Assembly: GCA_963711565.1 (NCBI GenBank) | Contig: CAVQEQ010000004.1 | Location: 1,571,293-1,635,292, forward strand | Direction: 5' to 3' | Length of the DNA stretch: 64,000 bases | Source of the DNA: an uncultured delta proteobacterium | Lineage (GTDB): Bacteria > Desulfobacterota > Binatia > Binatales > Binataceae | Shown: positions 20,581 to 31,487 of the stretch, piece by piece | How the letters are laid out: each line of letters begins with the position of its first letter | How positions within the stretch are numbered: the stretch's first letter is position 1 | Notes under the pieces: model-generated | Told to the model about the DNA's origin: nothing | Seen by the model: the letters and a program-made list of their open reading frames with translations, nothing else | Database searches by the model: none | Made by a program: the position numbers and the translations under genes

Positions 20581-21621
20581 ATGAATATGAAAAAGAGCAA
20601 TCCTGAAATTTGGATGATCACCTTCCCGACTCCCGGAGCCTTCGCGCAGTTGGCGCGAATGGTTGAAGAGAGCGGCTTCGATGGAATCGGGCTTGTCGAT
20701 ACTCAGAATCTGGCGGCGGACCCCTATTCGGAATTGTGCCTTGCGGCACACGCCACCAAGCACCTGAAGCTGCGCACCGCGGTTACCAACCCGGTGACTC
20801 GTCATCCTGCCGTGACTGCTTCGGCGATCGCGACCGTCCATGCGGAGTCCGGCGGACGCGCGACACTCGGAATCGGCCGGGGTGATTCCGCAGTTGACAA
20901 GATTGGCGAACGCGCACCGTCGAGCAAGGATTTCGCGCGCTACATTTCGCAGGTACAGGGTTTCCTGCGCGGCGACGAAGTCACGCTCGATAACGGCTAC
21001 CACAGCCGCAACGAATGGATCGCGCGCGCCAATCTGCCCAAGGTGCCGGTCAACGTCGCGGCCACCGGGCCTCGCGTGATCGAGGTCGGTGCGAGAGTCG
21101 CCGACTCAGTAACGTTTGCGGTCGGCGCCGATTCGGAACGGCTGCTGTGGGCCGTCGGTCACGCTCGAAAAGCTCGCGAGCAAGCCGGGCTGGATCCCTC
21201 GACGCTCAAGCTCGGCGCATTTCTAAACGTGGTAGTGCATCCCGATATTGCGCGCGCGCGTGAGATGGCGCGCGGCACGGTCGGCGTCATCGCGCACTTC
21301 TCGGGAATGTCCCGCGATTCGGCGGCAGGAATGCGTCCGGACGATCGCGCGGTCGCGCAGAAGGTCGGTGAGACCTACGACATGTCGCGGCATACCCGGG
21401 CCGACGCCGGTCACGCCCAGTTCATCGATGACGCCTTCGTCGATCGATTCGCTATCGCAGGACCTCCCGCTCATTGCATCCAGCGCTTCGACGCGATTCG
21501 CGAACTCGGGCTTGATCATTTGATCATCGTCGGTCCCGGAGCCAACGTCGCGCCCCAAGACCACATGCAGACGGTGCGGCTCTTCGCGACGGAGGTTCTA
21601 CCGGCCCTCAAGTCAGCTTGA
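20581..21621 (+). CDS. LLM-class flavin/F420-dependent oxidoreductase
   Basis: DTQNLAADPY, AVTNPVTRHPAVTASAIAT, LGIGRGDS, AATGPR. Confidence 0.88.
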   Translation: MNMKKSNPEIWMITFPTPGAFAQLARMVEESGFDGIGLVDTQNLAADPYSELCLAAHATKHLKLRTAVTNPVTRHPAVTASAIATVHAESGGRATLGIGRGDSAVDKIGERAPSSKDFARYISQVQGFLRGDEVTLDNGYHSRNEWIARANLPKVPVNVAATGPRVIEVGARVADSVTFAVGADSERLLWAVGHARKAREQAGLDPSTLKLGAFLNVVVHPDIARAREMARGTVGVIAHFSGMSRDSAAGMRPDDRAVAQKVGETYDMSRHTRADAGHAQFIDDAFVDRFAIAGPPAHCIQRFDAIRELGLDHLIIVGPGANVAPQDHMQTVRLFATEVLPALKSA

Positions 21622-22240
21622 AGCTGGCGACCAATTCCTTCAGCCGATCCTTCGCGTCGCCGATTACAGATACGCCGTCGCCCACCAGGATAGTGTCGAA
21701 GTCGAGCGCGAGCATTTGCTGGACGCTGCGCCGCAGGCGCGCCGGATCGTCCATCACACTCTCGCGCAGCATACTTAGCTGCCCGGGCGGATTCCCGATA
21801 ACCGCGTCGCCCACGATCAAGACTCTTCGCGCGGGCCAAAGGAACGCCACCTCGCCGGGACTCTTTCCACTCGCGCCTACGACTTCGAGCGCGCCGATCC
21901 TTTCACCCTCGCGAAGGTCACCGTCGAGTGCGGCGCCCTGCCCTTTTGCGTATCCAGCGTCGTCGGGATGAATGTAGGAACGGGCGCCGGTGCGCTCGCG
22001 AATCTTGTTTGCCGCCCGCACGTGATTTCGGTTCGTTAGAAGAATTCGGCTCACTCCCATCCGGACAAGTTCACTCATCACTTCATCGTTCGGCTCGACC
22101 GGATCGATGCAGATGTTTCCGCCGGGCTCTTGAATCAGCAGACTGTTGAAGTTGTAGCCATGCGGCTCGGAAAACCATGACCATGTAAAAACGTCGCCGA
22201 GTATCGTTTGCATCTGTTGCTCCTTGCCGCCGTCGATCAT
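21608..22240 (-). CDS. metallo-beta-lactamase fold protein
   Basis: ILLTNRNHVR (degenerate HxHxDH), GKSPGE, LIVGDA, ILVGDG. Confidence 0.75.
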   Translation of the reverse strand: MIDGGKEQQMQTILGDVFTWSWFSEPHGYNFNSLLIQEPGGNICIDPVEPNDEVMSELVRMGVSRILLTNRNHVRAANKIRERTGARSYIHPDDAGYAKGQGAALDGDLREGERIGALEVVGASGKSPGEVAFLWPARRVLIVGDAVIGNPPGQLSMLRESVMDDPARLRRSVQQMLALDFDTILVGDGVSVIGDAKDRLKELVASFKLT

Positions 22241-22364
22241 AATCCCGCGCGCGTGTGGGATACCAATGGCCGCTGCGGCGGTTGGCAGCCTGACCCGCGC
22301 CGACTATTGATAAACGATGCCCCGCTTCGAGCGGGCGAGCTTCAGACCAACACGGAGAGAAATC

Positions 22365-23225
22365 ATGGCTAGACTCGAAAAGAAAGTTGCAGTGATTACC
22401 GGTGCGGCGAGCGGAATCGGCCGCGCCACCGCGATTCGATTCGCAGGCGAAGGCGCCGCGGTCGTGATCGCCGATCTTAACCGCGAGGGCGGAGACGCCG
22501 CGGTGCGCGATTGCAAGGAGAACGGCGGCAACGCGGTCTTCCAGCTCACCGACGTCGCGAGCGAAGAAAATATCAAGAGCGCTGTCGATCGCGCGGTCAA
22601 GGAATTCGGGCGTCTCGACATCATCTATAACAACGCCGGTCTGGGCGGCGCGGTCGGGCCGCTCGAGAAGACCAGCGCCGAAAACTGGGACCGCAGCTTC
22701 GCGATCCTGCTCCGCGCGGTCTTCCTCGGCATCAAGCACGCGGTGCCCGAGATGCGCAAGACGGGCGGCGGTTCGATCATCTCGACCGCCTCGATCGCCG
22801 GACTGCGTGGCGCAGCCGGGTTGCATGCATACTGCGCTGCCAAGGCCGGAGTGATCAGCCTGACCCGCTCGGCTTCGATCGAACTGGCCAAGGACAAGAT
22901 TCGCGTCAATTGCATCTGTCCGGGTCTGATCGCGACTCCGCTGACTTATAATCGCATCCCGGGCGGCGAACAGACGGCGACGCAACTCTTTGCCGCCTTC
23001 CAGCCGTGGCCGCGTGCGGGACGACCCGAAGATATTGCGGCGATGGCGCTGTTCCTCGCCAGCGACGACTCGGAGTTCGTCAGCGGCCAGGCGATGGTGG
23101 TCGATGGCGCCGTGACATCGGGAATGGGCTCGGGCAACCTGAATCGGGGCTCGCAAGCGCAAGCGCCGCAAATCCTCGATGACGAATGGGCGGGGCCGTC
23201 GTTCCAGATGAAGCGACCGTCGTAG
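22365..23225 (+). CDS. SDR family oxidoreductase
   Basis: TGAASGIG, NNAG, YCAAK. GGAG precedes ATG 22365. Confidence 0.93.
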   Translation: MARLEKKVAVITGAASGIGRATAIRFAGEGAAVVIADLNREGGDAAVRDCKENGGNAVFQLTDVASEENIKSAVDRAVKEFGRLDIIYNNAGLGGAVGPLEKTSAENWDRSFAILLRAVFLGIKHAVPEMRKTGGGSIISTASIAGLRGAAGLHAYCAAKAGVISLTRSASIELAKDKIRVNCICPGLIATPLTYNRIPGGEQTATQLFAAFQPWPRAGRPEDIAAMALFLASDDSEFVSGQAMVVDGAVTSGMGSGNLNRGSQAQAPQILDDEWAGPSFQMKRPS

Positions 23226-23263
23226 CCGCGTCATAACTTTCTTCGCGCGGAGGGAATTCGATC

Positions 23264-24802
23264 ATGCCGCAGCATGTTGTCGTCGAAACGGATTGCGGAA
23301 AGCTTCGCGGCGTCGCCGAGGGAGGCGTCAACGTTTTCAAGGGTATCCCGTACGCCGCATCGCCCGAGGGTGACGGCCGCTTCGCCGCGCCGCGCAGCCT
23401 CCGGCCCTGGAGGGGCGTTCGCGACGCTTTCGACTTCGGCAATCGCGCGATGCAGGACGAGAATGCATTCGCGTTGCCGCCCGCGATGCTCAAGCTGTTC
23501 GCGGGCCGCGAGCTCCCGCCGATGAGCGAGAACTGCCTTGTACTGAACGTGTGGACCCCCGCCGTCAACGACGGACGCAAGCGCCCCGTCATGTTCTGGT
23601 GCCATGGCGGCGCGTTCATTTCGGGCTCCGGCGATTCGCCGTGGTACGACGGGACCAACCTCTGCCGCAAGGGCGACGTCGTTGTCGTGACGATCAACCA
23701 TCGGCTGGGAGCCTTCGGCTATCTGCACCTGGGCGAGTTCGGCGGCGAGGGATTTGGAGCCTCAGGAAATGCCGGAATGCTCGATATCGTCGCGGCGCTC
23801 GAATGGGTCCGCGACAATATCGCGGCCTTCGGCGGCGACGCGGGCAACGTGACAATCTTCGGTGAGTCCGGCGGTGGCGCGAAGGTCAGCGTGCTGATGG
23901 CGATGCCGACGGCGCACGGTCTGTTTCACAAGGCGATCATTCAAAGCGGTCCTGCAGTACAGATGGCCAGCCGCGACGACGCGAGCGAGACCGCGCGCCA
24001 ACTGGTGGCGGAGTTAAACCTCAGTCCCGGCAACGTGAGCGAGTTGCGCAAGGTGCCCGCGGTGAAGCTCGCACAGGCGCAGGCCGCGGTCCTGAAAAAA
24101 GTCAGCATGATGTCCTTCGCCAATCGGCGGCGCGTCGGTTTCAATCCCGTGGTCGACGGAAAATATTTGCCCGGCGGTCCCTTCGCGCCGACTGCCCCGG
24201 CAATTTCCGCGAACGTGCCGCTGATGATCGGCACGAATAAAGATGAGATGACGCTGTTCTTCGCATTCGCGCCGTGGCTCGACGGACTGGACGAGGCCGC
24301 GATGCGCAAGCGCGTGCAGATGTTCGTCGGCGATCAGGCCGACAACATCATCGAGGCTTACCGGCGCGCGCGACCCAACGATTCGCTGCGCGACTTGGTG
24401 CTGGCGATCGCGACCGACCACGCGATGCGAATGCCGTCGCTCGTCACCGCGGACCGCAAGGTCGCGCAGCACGCCGCGCCCGTGTTCGTCTACATGTTCA
24501 CCTGGGAGACTCCCGTGCTGGACGGCAGGCTCAAATCGCCGCATGCGCTCGAGATTCCGTTTGTCTTCGACACCGTGCACACCTCGGGGTTGACGGGAGA
24601 TTCGCCGACGCGATTCGCGCTCGCCGACAAGATGAGCCGCACCTGGCTCGCGTTCGCGCGCGCCGGAAATCCGAATCATGAGGGCATTCCGAACTGGCCG
24701 CAATATTCAACCGAGCAGCGTCCGACGATGATGTTCGACAATCAATGTCGCGTCGAAAACGATCCCTATCGAGCGGAACGGCTGGCTTGGGAGGCGCACT
24801 AG
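23264..24802 (+). CDS. carboxylesterase type B (pNB-esterase family)
   Basis: FKGIPYA, SENCLVLNVWTP, HGGAF, FGESGG nucleophile, HALEIPFVF. Confidence 0.93.
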   Translation: MPQHVVVETDCGKLRGVAEGGVNVFKGIPYAASPEGDGRFAAPRSLRPWRGVRDAFDFGNRAMQDENAFALPPAMLKLFAGRELPPMSENCLVLNVWTPAVNDGRKRPVMFWCHGGAFISGSGDSPWYDGTNLCRKGDVVVVTINHRLGAFGYLHLGEFGGEGFGASGNAGMLDIVAALEWVRDNIAAFGGDAGNVTIFGESGGGAKVSVLMAMPTAHGLFHKAIIQSGPAVQMASRDDASETARQLVAELNLSPGNVSELRKVPAVKLAQAQAAVLKKVSMMSFANRRRVGFNPVVDGKYLPGGPFAPTAPAISANVPLMIGTNKDEMTLFFAFAPWLDGLDEAAMRKRVQMFVGDQADNIIEAYRRARPNDSLRDLVLAIATDHAMRMPSLVTADRKVAQHAAPVFVYMFTWETPVLDGRLKSPHALEIPFVFDTVHTSGLTGDSPTRFALADKMSRTWLAFARAGNPNHEGIPNWPQYSTEQRPTMMFDNQCRVENDPYRAERLAWEAH

Positions 24803-24810
24803 GCGGCGGG

Positions 24811-25785
24811 TCACTCGTGCTTCGGATGGGCCTTGAAGAACGTCCAGATCGTGCTGGTCGCGTCGAGGAGGTTGGTCGAGTTGCCGAAAATATGAGGCAG
24901 AGCGACTTGAGCGCCGGGCCAGACGTGGCCCTGTCCCTCGACCGTCACATACTCGAACTCGCCGTGCGCGCACTTATTCCACAGCACGTCGTGGAGGCCG
25001 CCGGAGTCTCGCACGGTGCGAGGTTCGCCGGTACATCCGAGTGCATCGCGCCATCCGCTGAGCGTGTCCTCGACCGGCGCATGGTTCTGAGCGTTGCCCC
25101 ATGGCGACGTTGCGCTTCCGCCGGCGAGCGGATTCAGCGGATCGGCGGTCCCGATGATGAACAGCGTCGGCATCGCTCCTGTGAGCTTCAGCGGCTTGCT
25201 CCACAGCTCGCCCGAGACCGGCGCGATCGCGGCGATGCGCGAGGTCAGCTCCGCACCGAGCACCCAGCTTATCGAGCCGCCGTTGGAAAATCCCGTGACG
25301 TAAACGCGTGCTGGATCCGCACCGTAGTTGCTCTCTAGGAGATCGATTAGCGCCGCGATGAACCCAACGTCGTCAACTTGCTTGCCTGCGCCACCACCGT
25401 TTCCTGAGCTCCAATTCCACTGCCGCGGATTCGTGCGAAAATTCGGCGGCTGATCCGGCGACTGGGGTGTCGCGTCGGGAAACACCGCAAGAAAATTCTC
25501 GCGATCGGCGAGGGCGTCCCATCCGGTCTGATTCTCGACGCGCGCGCCGCTGCCTCCCCTTCCGTGGAGCATGATCACAACGGGAGTTTTTCGATGCGGG
25601 TCGAAGCCGGACGGAACGTGAACGATGAAACTCCGCGCCATCCCACCGAATTGAAGCATCTCCTCGTGATCTCCCGGCGCTGCCGGTGCGTTCTCAGCCG
25701 CCGATACATGCAGGGCGGGCACAAGGAGCAGCATTGCCACGAAGATCACGGCGCCAGGGGCCGCGCTGAATAGCCGTCTACTCAC
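24811..25785 (-). CDS. secreted PHB-depolymerase/LpqC-family esterase
   Basis: Signal peptide, LHGRGG, VDDVGFI, GFSNGG, GTADP, GHVWPG. Confidence 0.85.
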   Translation of the reverse strand: MSRRLFSAAPGAVIFVAMLLLVPALHVSAAENAPAAPGDHEEMLQFGGMARSFIVHVPSGFDPHRKTPVVIMLHGRGGSGARVENQTGWDALADRENFLAVFPDATPQSPDQPPNFRTNPRQWNWSSGNGGGAGKQVDDVGFIAALIDLLESNYGADPARVYVTGFSNGGSISWVLGAELTSRIAAIAPVSGELWSKPLKLTGAMPTLFIIGTADPLNPLAGGSATSPWGNAQNHAPVEDTLSGWRDALGCTGEPRTVRDSGGLHDVLWNKCAHGEFEYVTVEGQGHVWPGAQVALPHIFGNSTNLLDATSTIWTFFKAHPKHE

Positions 25786-28700
25786 TCAATTCCTTGAGGA
25801 GCGCCTTAGCGTCCTTAAGATCAGCCGTGTCGAAACCTTCGGTGAACCAGTTGTAGATGTCGTCGAGCATCGCACGCGCTTCATCGCGGCGGTCGGTACT
25901 CATCAGCATTCGCGCGAGCGAGGTCGTCGCGCGCAGTTCGAGCGATTTCGCCCCCTGCTGTCGGGCCTTCTTGATCGCGTGCTCGACCGACGCTCTCGCC
26001 AGAGCCGGATCGGAAGGACTCTGACCGAGGAGCAACTCGCCGCGAAGACGATTAATTTCCGCTTCCCAGAAACATTCGCCGCTGCGACGGACCAGGTCCA
26101 GGGCGTCGCCGATCGCCTTCAAACCATGCTCGATGCGTCCGGCTCTCAGGCACGCGTCGGCGAGAGTCGCGAGACTGAGCGTAAGCCACAACTCCTCTCG
26201 GTTGGCCGAAAGTGCATCGGTTTCTTCGCGTATCTGCCCCACTCCCTCCTCCGCTCTTCCAAGCTCGGTTAAGGCCCACCCTTTGACAACTCGCGCATGG
26301 CGCAGAACGTAGAGGAACCCCACGTCCTCCGCTGTGTTTATCGCGGCCCCGGCGATTTCCAGCGCAAGCTTCGGTTCCAGCATCATGCGATGAACCAGTG
26401 CCTTCAAGTACAAGGCGAAAGCTGCCGACATGGCGTCTCCAAGTTCCTTCGCAAGTGAAACGGCCCGCTCCGCGCATCGCCGCGCCGCATCGGGACGACC
26501 GCGCAGCCATGACAGCTGCGCGTCCCATGCATAACCGCACACGGCCGGATGATGAGCGGTGTAGAGGGGGACGGCAGCCGAACGAAGCTTCGACTCGAAC
26601 AGCTTGAGCCCCCGCTCGACATGGCGTTGCGAGGCCTCCAGTTCACCTGCGGAAAGCGCCACCGACCAGTCATGATGGATCGCCTCGAGAAGGAAAACCG
26701 GATCGGGGTGGCGATCGACGAAATCCCAGATCGGCTTCTGCCGTTCGCGGGCTCCGCTCAAGTTGCCGCCGACGTAGAGCAGTCCAAACAATCCAACCAG
26801 TAGCGCGAACTGCTGCTCGGGTGTGGCTCCTGTCTCAGCAAGCTGCTCGGCGCGAAGATAGGCCCTCTCGGTTTCCGGCGCCGCCCACCCTTTGGTGGCC
26901 ATCAGCGCGGGACCAAGGCTGGTTTGGAGCACGAATTCGCGCCGGTCCCGCTCGGGGCTGGATGGCGTGCGTTCAAGTAATTCCAAGGCGGCGGCGAGGT
27001 TCCGCATCGCCTCGCCGTACGCCAGTCGCCGAACGGCCCGGAGACCTGCGCTTTCGAGATAGTCGAGTGCCTTCGCGGAATTTCCGCTGCGGCTGTAATG
27101 ATGGGCCAGTTCGTCGAGGTGGTCGTCGATTGAATTTGTGTAGAGACTCTCGAGAGCCGCACCGATTCGTCCATGAAGTTGTCTGCGCCGTTCCATCAGT
27201 ACCGAGTTGTACGAGACCTCCTGGGTCAAGGCGTGCTTGAAAGTGTATTCTGAATCGCCGATGGCCGGCTGCTCGTAGATGAACTCGCCGAGTTGGAGGT
27301 CATCGAGCAGGCGCCTCGTCTCATCATCCGGAACGGAGACCACCGCACGAATCAGCGACAGCGGAAACTCGCGGCCAATTACTGCCAGCGTCTGTAACAG
27401 GTCTTTGGCATCCTGCGGCAATCGGTCGATGCGCGCCGCAAGGATCGCCTGCACGGTCGGCGGAATCTTCAACTCCGCCAACGACCGGGTGAGCTTTACC
27501 GCCCCGCCGTCACGCACTAGCGCGTTCTCGTCGAACAGGACCTGCACCGTCTCTTCCATGAAGAACGGATTGCCCTCGGTCTTCTCGACAATCAGCCGCT
27601 TGAGCGGCGCGAGTTCGACGCTGTTGCCGACCAGGGCCGAGAGCATCTCGTCGGCACTCTCTTTTCCCAGCGGGTCCAGGCGCAACTGAATGTAGTAGGT
27701 CTTGCTGTTCCACTGATGCGAATACTCGGGGCGATAATTGACCAGCAGCAGGACCTTGGCGGTGCCGATTGAGTCCGCGAGCAGATTCAGAAATGCCTGC
27801 GTCTCCTCGTCGATCCAGTGCAGGTCTTCGAAGATCACGATCAGCGGCTGATTGAGCGACTCGCGCAGCAGCAATCGTTTGATCGCGTCCAGCGTGCGCC
27901 GCTTGCGAACCTGCGGATCCATTTGCGCCAGGGGGTCCTTCTTTTGCACTTCATGCAAATATTCGTCGAGACGATCAAGTGCTTGCTCCCAATGCGGAAA
28001 GTGCTCGGCGCCCTCGGAGATTCCCAACAAGGAGAACAGGTACGGAATCGTGTCTTCCAGCGAGCGATCGAGCGTCAGGACTTTGCCGTTGACCTTTTCG
28101 CGACGCATGCGCTCGTCATCGCTACCGGCGATTTTGAAGTAACCGTGCAACAAATCGATCACCGGCAGGAATGCCGACGCCTTGCCGTGGGAGACCGAAA
28201 ACGTTTCGAGCACCATCCAGCCCGATTGCGCGACCGCCTTGAACTCGAAATAGAGGCGCGACTTGCCGACTCCAGCCTCAGCCATCGCCGCCACAATCTG
28301 GCCGCGTCCAGCCTTGGCCTGCTCGGCCGCACGCTTGAGCGCGTCGATCTCGGCCTGCCGCCCCACGAACTTCGACAAACCGCGACCCGCCGAGCGTTGC
28401 AGTCGCGTGCGCAGCGGCCCCAGCCCCGTCACTTCGTAAACGTTGACCAGTTCGCTGACGCCTTTGACCCTGGTCGGCCCGAGCGGTTTGAGCGCGAAAT
28501 ATCCTTCGACCAGCCTGCGCGTCTGCTCGCTGATAGCGATCGAGCCGGTCGGCGCTAGCGCCTGCATCCGCGAGGCGAGATTGGTCGTGTGCCCGATGGG
28601 CGTGTATTCAGTGTGTCCGGCGCCGGTCGCGATCGAACGCACCACGACCTCTCCGGTGTTCACACCGACGCGCGCTTCGATCGGCAGGTTGCCGGACTCG

Positions 28701-29254
28701 CGCAATTTTGCCGAGTAGCGTTTCAGCTCTTCCTGCATTCTCAACGCCGCGTACAGTGCGCGCTGCGGATGGTCTTCGTGCGCGACGGGCGCGCCGAACA
28801 GCGCGAAGATGCCATCGCCGGTGGATTGCACGATGTAGCCGTCGTAGCGGCGAACCGCGTCGATCATCAGCTTGAGCGCTGGATCGATAATCGCGCGCGC
28901 CTCTTCAGGATCGAGATCCTGCTCAAGCTCAGTCGATCCCTTGATGTCGGCGAACAGTGCGGTGACCGTCTTGCGCTCGCCGTCGGCGGCGAGTGCTTCA
29001 AGCGGGGCGTCCGCGGCTAATCGAATCGGCGCAGCATCGGGCTGGATTCGGGCCGTCGATGCGCGCACGACGGCAGCCAGCGCAGTGCCGCAATCTCCGC
29101 AGAACTTCTTCTCGGGCGGATTTTCCGCGCCGCACTGGGCACATCGATTTGCCAGCGCGGCGCCGCAGTCTCCGCAAAACCGCTTGCCCGCCGGATTTTC
29201 CGCTCCGCACTTCTCGCAGCGCATCGTCTCTCGTTGCGTTAAATCGAACGTCAT
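25778..29254 (-). CDS. class III adenylate/guanylate cyclase with double zinc ribbon, AAA/STAND ATPase and TPR-like C-terminus
   Basis: CEKCG..FCGDCG twice, GERKTVTALFADIKGS, GDGIFALFG, AGVGKSRL, FEDLHW, WFTEGFDTADL. Confidence 0.92.
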   Translation of the reverse strand: MTFDLTQRETMRCEKCGAENPAGKRFCGDCGAALANRCAQCGAENPPEKKFCGDCGTALAAVVRASTARIQPDAAPIRLAADAPLEALAADGERKTVTALFADIKGSTELEQDLDPEEARAIIDPALKLMIDAVRRYDGYIVQSTGDGIFALFGAPVAHEDHPQRALYAALRMQEELKRYSAKLRESGNLPIEARVGVNTGEVVVRSIATGAGHTEYTPIGHTTNLASRMQALAPTGSIAISEQTRRLVEGYFALKPLGPTRVKGVSELVNVYEVTGLGPLRTRLQRSAGRGLSKFVGRQAEIDALKRAAEQAKAGRGQIVAAMAEAGVGKSRLYFEFKAVAQSGWMVLETFSVSHGKASAFLPVIDLLHGYFKIAGSDDERMRREKVNGKVLTLDRSLEDTIPYLFSLLGISEGAEHFPHWEQALDRLDEYLHEVQKKDPLAQMDPQVRKRRTLDAIKRLLLRESLNQPLIVIFEDLHWIDEETQAFLNLLADSIGTAKVLLLVNYRPEYSHQWNSKTYYIQLRLDPLGKESADEMLSALVGNSVELAPLKRLIVEKTEGNPFFMEETVQVLFDENALVRDGGAVKLTRSLAELKIPPTVQAILAARIDRLPQDAKDLLQTLAVIGREFPLSLIRAVVSVPDDETRRLLDDLQLGEFIYEQPAIGDSEYTFKHALTQEVSYNSVLMERRRQLHGRIGAALESLYTNSIDDHLDELAHHYSRSGNSAKALDYLESAGLRAVRRLAYGEAMRNLAAALELLERTPSSPERDRREFVLQTSLGPALMATKGWAAPETERAYLRAEQLAETGATPEQQFALLVGLFGLLYVGGNLSGARERQKPIWDFVDRHPDPVFLLEAIHHDWSVALSAGELEASQRHVERGLKLFESKLRSAAVPLYTAHHPAVCGYAWDAQLSWLRGRPDAARRCAERAVSLAKELGDAMSAAFALYLKALVHRMMLEPKLALEIAGAAINTAEDVGFLYVLRHARVVKGWALTELGRAEEGVGQIREETDALSANREELWLTLSLATLADACLRAGRIEHGLKAIGDALDLVRRSGECFWEAEINRLRGELLLGQSPSDPALARASVEHAIKKARQQGAKSLELRATTSLARMLMSTDRRDEARAMLDDIYNWFTEGFDTADLKDAKALLKELSE

Positions 29255-29257
29255 CCC

Positions 29258-30652
29258 TCAGTTGTGATTATAGCCACCGGCCTCATTTTCGGTGAGCGGG
29301 TGCGAGATGGGATGCTTTTCCAAGATGGCCAGCGAACGGCGAATGTCTTCCAGCAGCAGGTCGCCCAGATCGCGGCTGACGCCGTGGCGGACCAGCACTC
29401 GCTGGATTACGAGATCCTCCCGCTTCGGCGGCATTGAGTAGGCCGGCACTTGCCATCCGCGCGCGCGCAGCCGATCGGAAAGATCGTAGAGCGTGAAGCC
29501 GTAGTCCTTGCCCTCCTTGAGCACCCAGCAGACGGCGGGCAGTCCGCCGTGGCCGTCGTGGATGACGCGGAACGGTCCCATCTTGCCGATCTCGGCCGCG
29601 ATGTGTTGGGCGGTGTGATAACAGGCGTTCTGGATTTTCCGGTAGCCTTCGAAACCCAGCCGCAGAAAATTGTAGTACTGGCAGACGATTTGGCCGGCCG
29701 GTCGCGAAAAGTTCAGCGCGAAGGTCGGCATGTCGCCGCCCAGGTAGTTGACGTGGAAAATCAAATCCTCCGGCAGGTCCACATGGTCGCGCCATACCAC
29801 CCAGCCGACACCGAGCGGCGCCAGGCCGAACTTATGTCCCGACGTATTGATCGACTTGACTCGCGGCAGGCGGAAATCCCACGCGAGGTCGGGCTCGCAA
29901 AACGGCGCGAGAAAACCGCCGCTGGCCGCATCTACGTGAATTGGAATGTCGAGTCCGGCGCTCTTCTCGAGATTGTCGAGCGCCCGCGCGATAGCCTGAA
30001 CCGGCTCATACTGACAGCAGGTCGTCACGCCGAGCGTCGGGACAACCATGATTGTGTTCTCGTCGCATCGCGCGAGCGCCTGTTCCGGACCCATCAGAAA
30101 CCGATCACCTTCGACTGGAACCTCACGTACTTCGACATCGAAATACTGGCCGAACTTGTGCCAGCATACTTGCACCGGCCCGCAAACCAGGTTCGGCCGG
30201 TCAGTGGGCTTGCCCTGCGCCCGCCTACTGGCTCTCCAGCGCCATTTCGCCGCCAGGCCGCCGAGCATCGCCGCTTCGCTGGAACCAGTGGTGGAGCATC
30301 CGATGGTGTTTGCACCGGCGGGGGAATTCCACAGATCGGCCAGGATATGAACGCATCGCGCCTCGATCTCGGCGGTTTGCGGATACTCGTCCTTGTCGAT
30401 CATGTTCTTGTCGATGCACTCGGCCATCAGGGTCAGCGCCTCGGGTTCCATCCACGTGGTGCAAAAGGTCGCGAGGTTTTGCCGCGAGTTGCCATCGAGC
30501 AGCAGCTCGTCGTGGATGAGCGCGTAAGCGGTTCGCGGCGAACGCTCGTCGCGGGGAATCTTGTTCTTTGGAACCGACAGAGAAAGATCGGTGGAAGCGT
30601 AGATGACGTCCAACATCTTTCGGTTGGCGTCATGTTTTTTGTGAAGTGACAT
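29258..30652 (-). CDS. gadB: glutamate decarboxylase
   Basis: [41 protein letters not shown] (PLP Lys), LNFSRPA. Confidence 0.95.
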   Translation of the reverse strand: MSLHKKHDANRKMLDVIYASTDLSLSVPKNKIPRDERSPRTAYALIHDELLLDGNSRQNLATFCTTWMEPEALTLMAECIDKNMIDKDEYPQTAEIEARCVHILADLWNSPAGANTIGCSTTGSSEAAMLGGLAAKWRWRASRRAQGKPTDRPNLVCGPVQVCWHKFGQYFDVEVREVPVEGDRFLMGPEQALARCDENTIMVVPTLGVTTCCQYEPVQAIARALDNLEKSAGLDIPIHVDAASGGFLAPFCEPDLAWDFRLPRVKSINTSGHKFGLAPLGVGWVVWRDHVDLPEDLIFHVNYLGGDMPTFALNFSRPAGQIVCQYYNFLRLGFEGYRKIQNACYHTAQHIAAEIGKMGPFRVIHDGHGGLPAVCWVLKEGKDYGFTLYDLSDRLRARGWQVPAYSMPPKREDLVIQRVLVRHGVSRDLGDLLLEDIRRSLAILEKHPISHPLTENEAGGYNHN

Positions 30653-30699
30653 CCTCGTTCCTCCGGAGCTGGCTTAAATCAGGACGCGAACGAGTCTAG

Positions 30700-31359
30700 C
30701 TACTGGCCGGTGACCTGCGCGAGTGCGCTATAGCCGCTCCAAATAATTTCGATGCCGATACAAAACAGGATGAAGGCCGACAGCCGCACTACGACGTTGG
30801 TGCCCTGCTCGCCGAGCGCGCCGACGGTGCCTTCGGCGAATCGGTAGCATACGTAGATGGTCGCTGCGATTGCGACGATACCGGCGACGGCCGCGCCGCC
30901 GAGCACCGCCAGCCGCGACAAGGACTCTACCCTGGGCCGCTGGCTGCCGAGCGTGATTGCTACCGCAATCGATCCCGGGCCCACGGTGATCGGCATCGTG
31001 AGCGGATAAAACGGGTCGGTCGGTGTGGTTGGCTTATGTTCGGTTCGGTCGTCGGTAAAGTCATCGTTCGCCTGGAGAAGGCTCCATCCAGTGGCCGAAA
31101 CGACGAGTCCGCCGGCAACACGCACGATGGGCAAGGTGATGCCGAAGAACTCAAGCACATAGGAGCCGATGAGCAGCGAGCCGAGCAGCAGGAAGAAGCA
31201 GTTGATCGTCACCCGCAGCGCGAGCGCATTGCGTTCCTTGTCGGTGCAGTGGCGAGTCAGGCCAAGAAAAATCGGCGCGCCGCCGATAGGGTTTACGATT
31301 GGGAACAACCCCGCGTAAACGAGCAAAAAAGCATTGGCAATGTCGTAACCTGAGACCAT
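30700..31359 (-). CDS. MarC family integral membrane protein
   Basis: LFPIVNPIGGAPIF, FYPLTMPITVGPGSI, RLSAFILFCIG. Confidence 0.9.
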   Translation of the reverse strand: MVSGYDIANAFLLVYAGLFPIVNPIGGAPIFLGLTRHCTDKERNALALRVTINCFFLLLGSLLIGSYVLEFFGITLPIVRVAGGLVVSATGWSLLQANDDFTDDRTEHKPTTPTDPFYPLTMPITVGPGSIAVAITLGSQRPRVESLSRLAVLGGAAVAGIVAIAATIYVCYRFAEGTVGALGEQGTNVVVRLSAFILFCIGIEIIWSGYSALAQVTGQ

Positions 31360-31487
31360 GCCGCACCAGTCCTTGCAGTATCACATCGGTCGCTTCTATC
31401 GCACGACGATGACCGTTACCGGGAATGGCGCAGACAATCTACACTGTCGGCAATGCGACCCTCGCCGACATTGGAGGCATCATTGCA

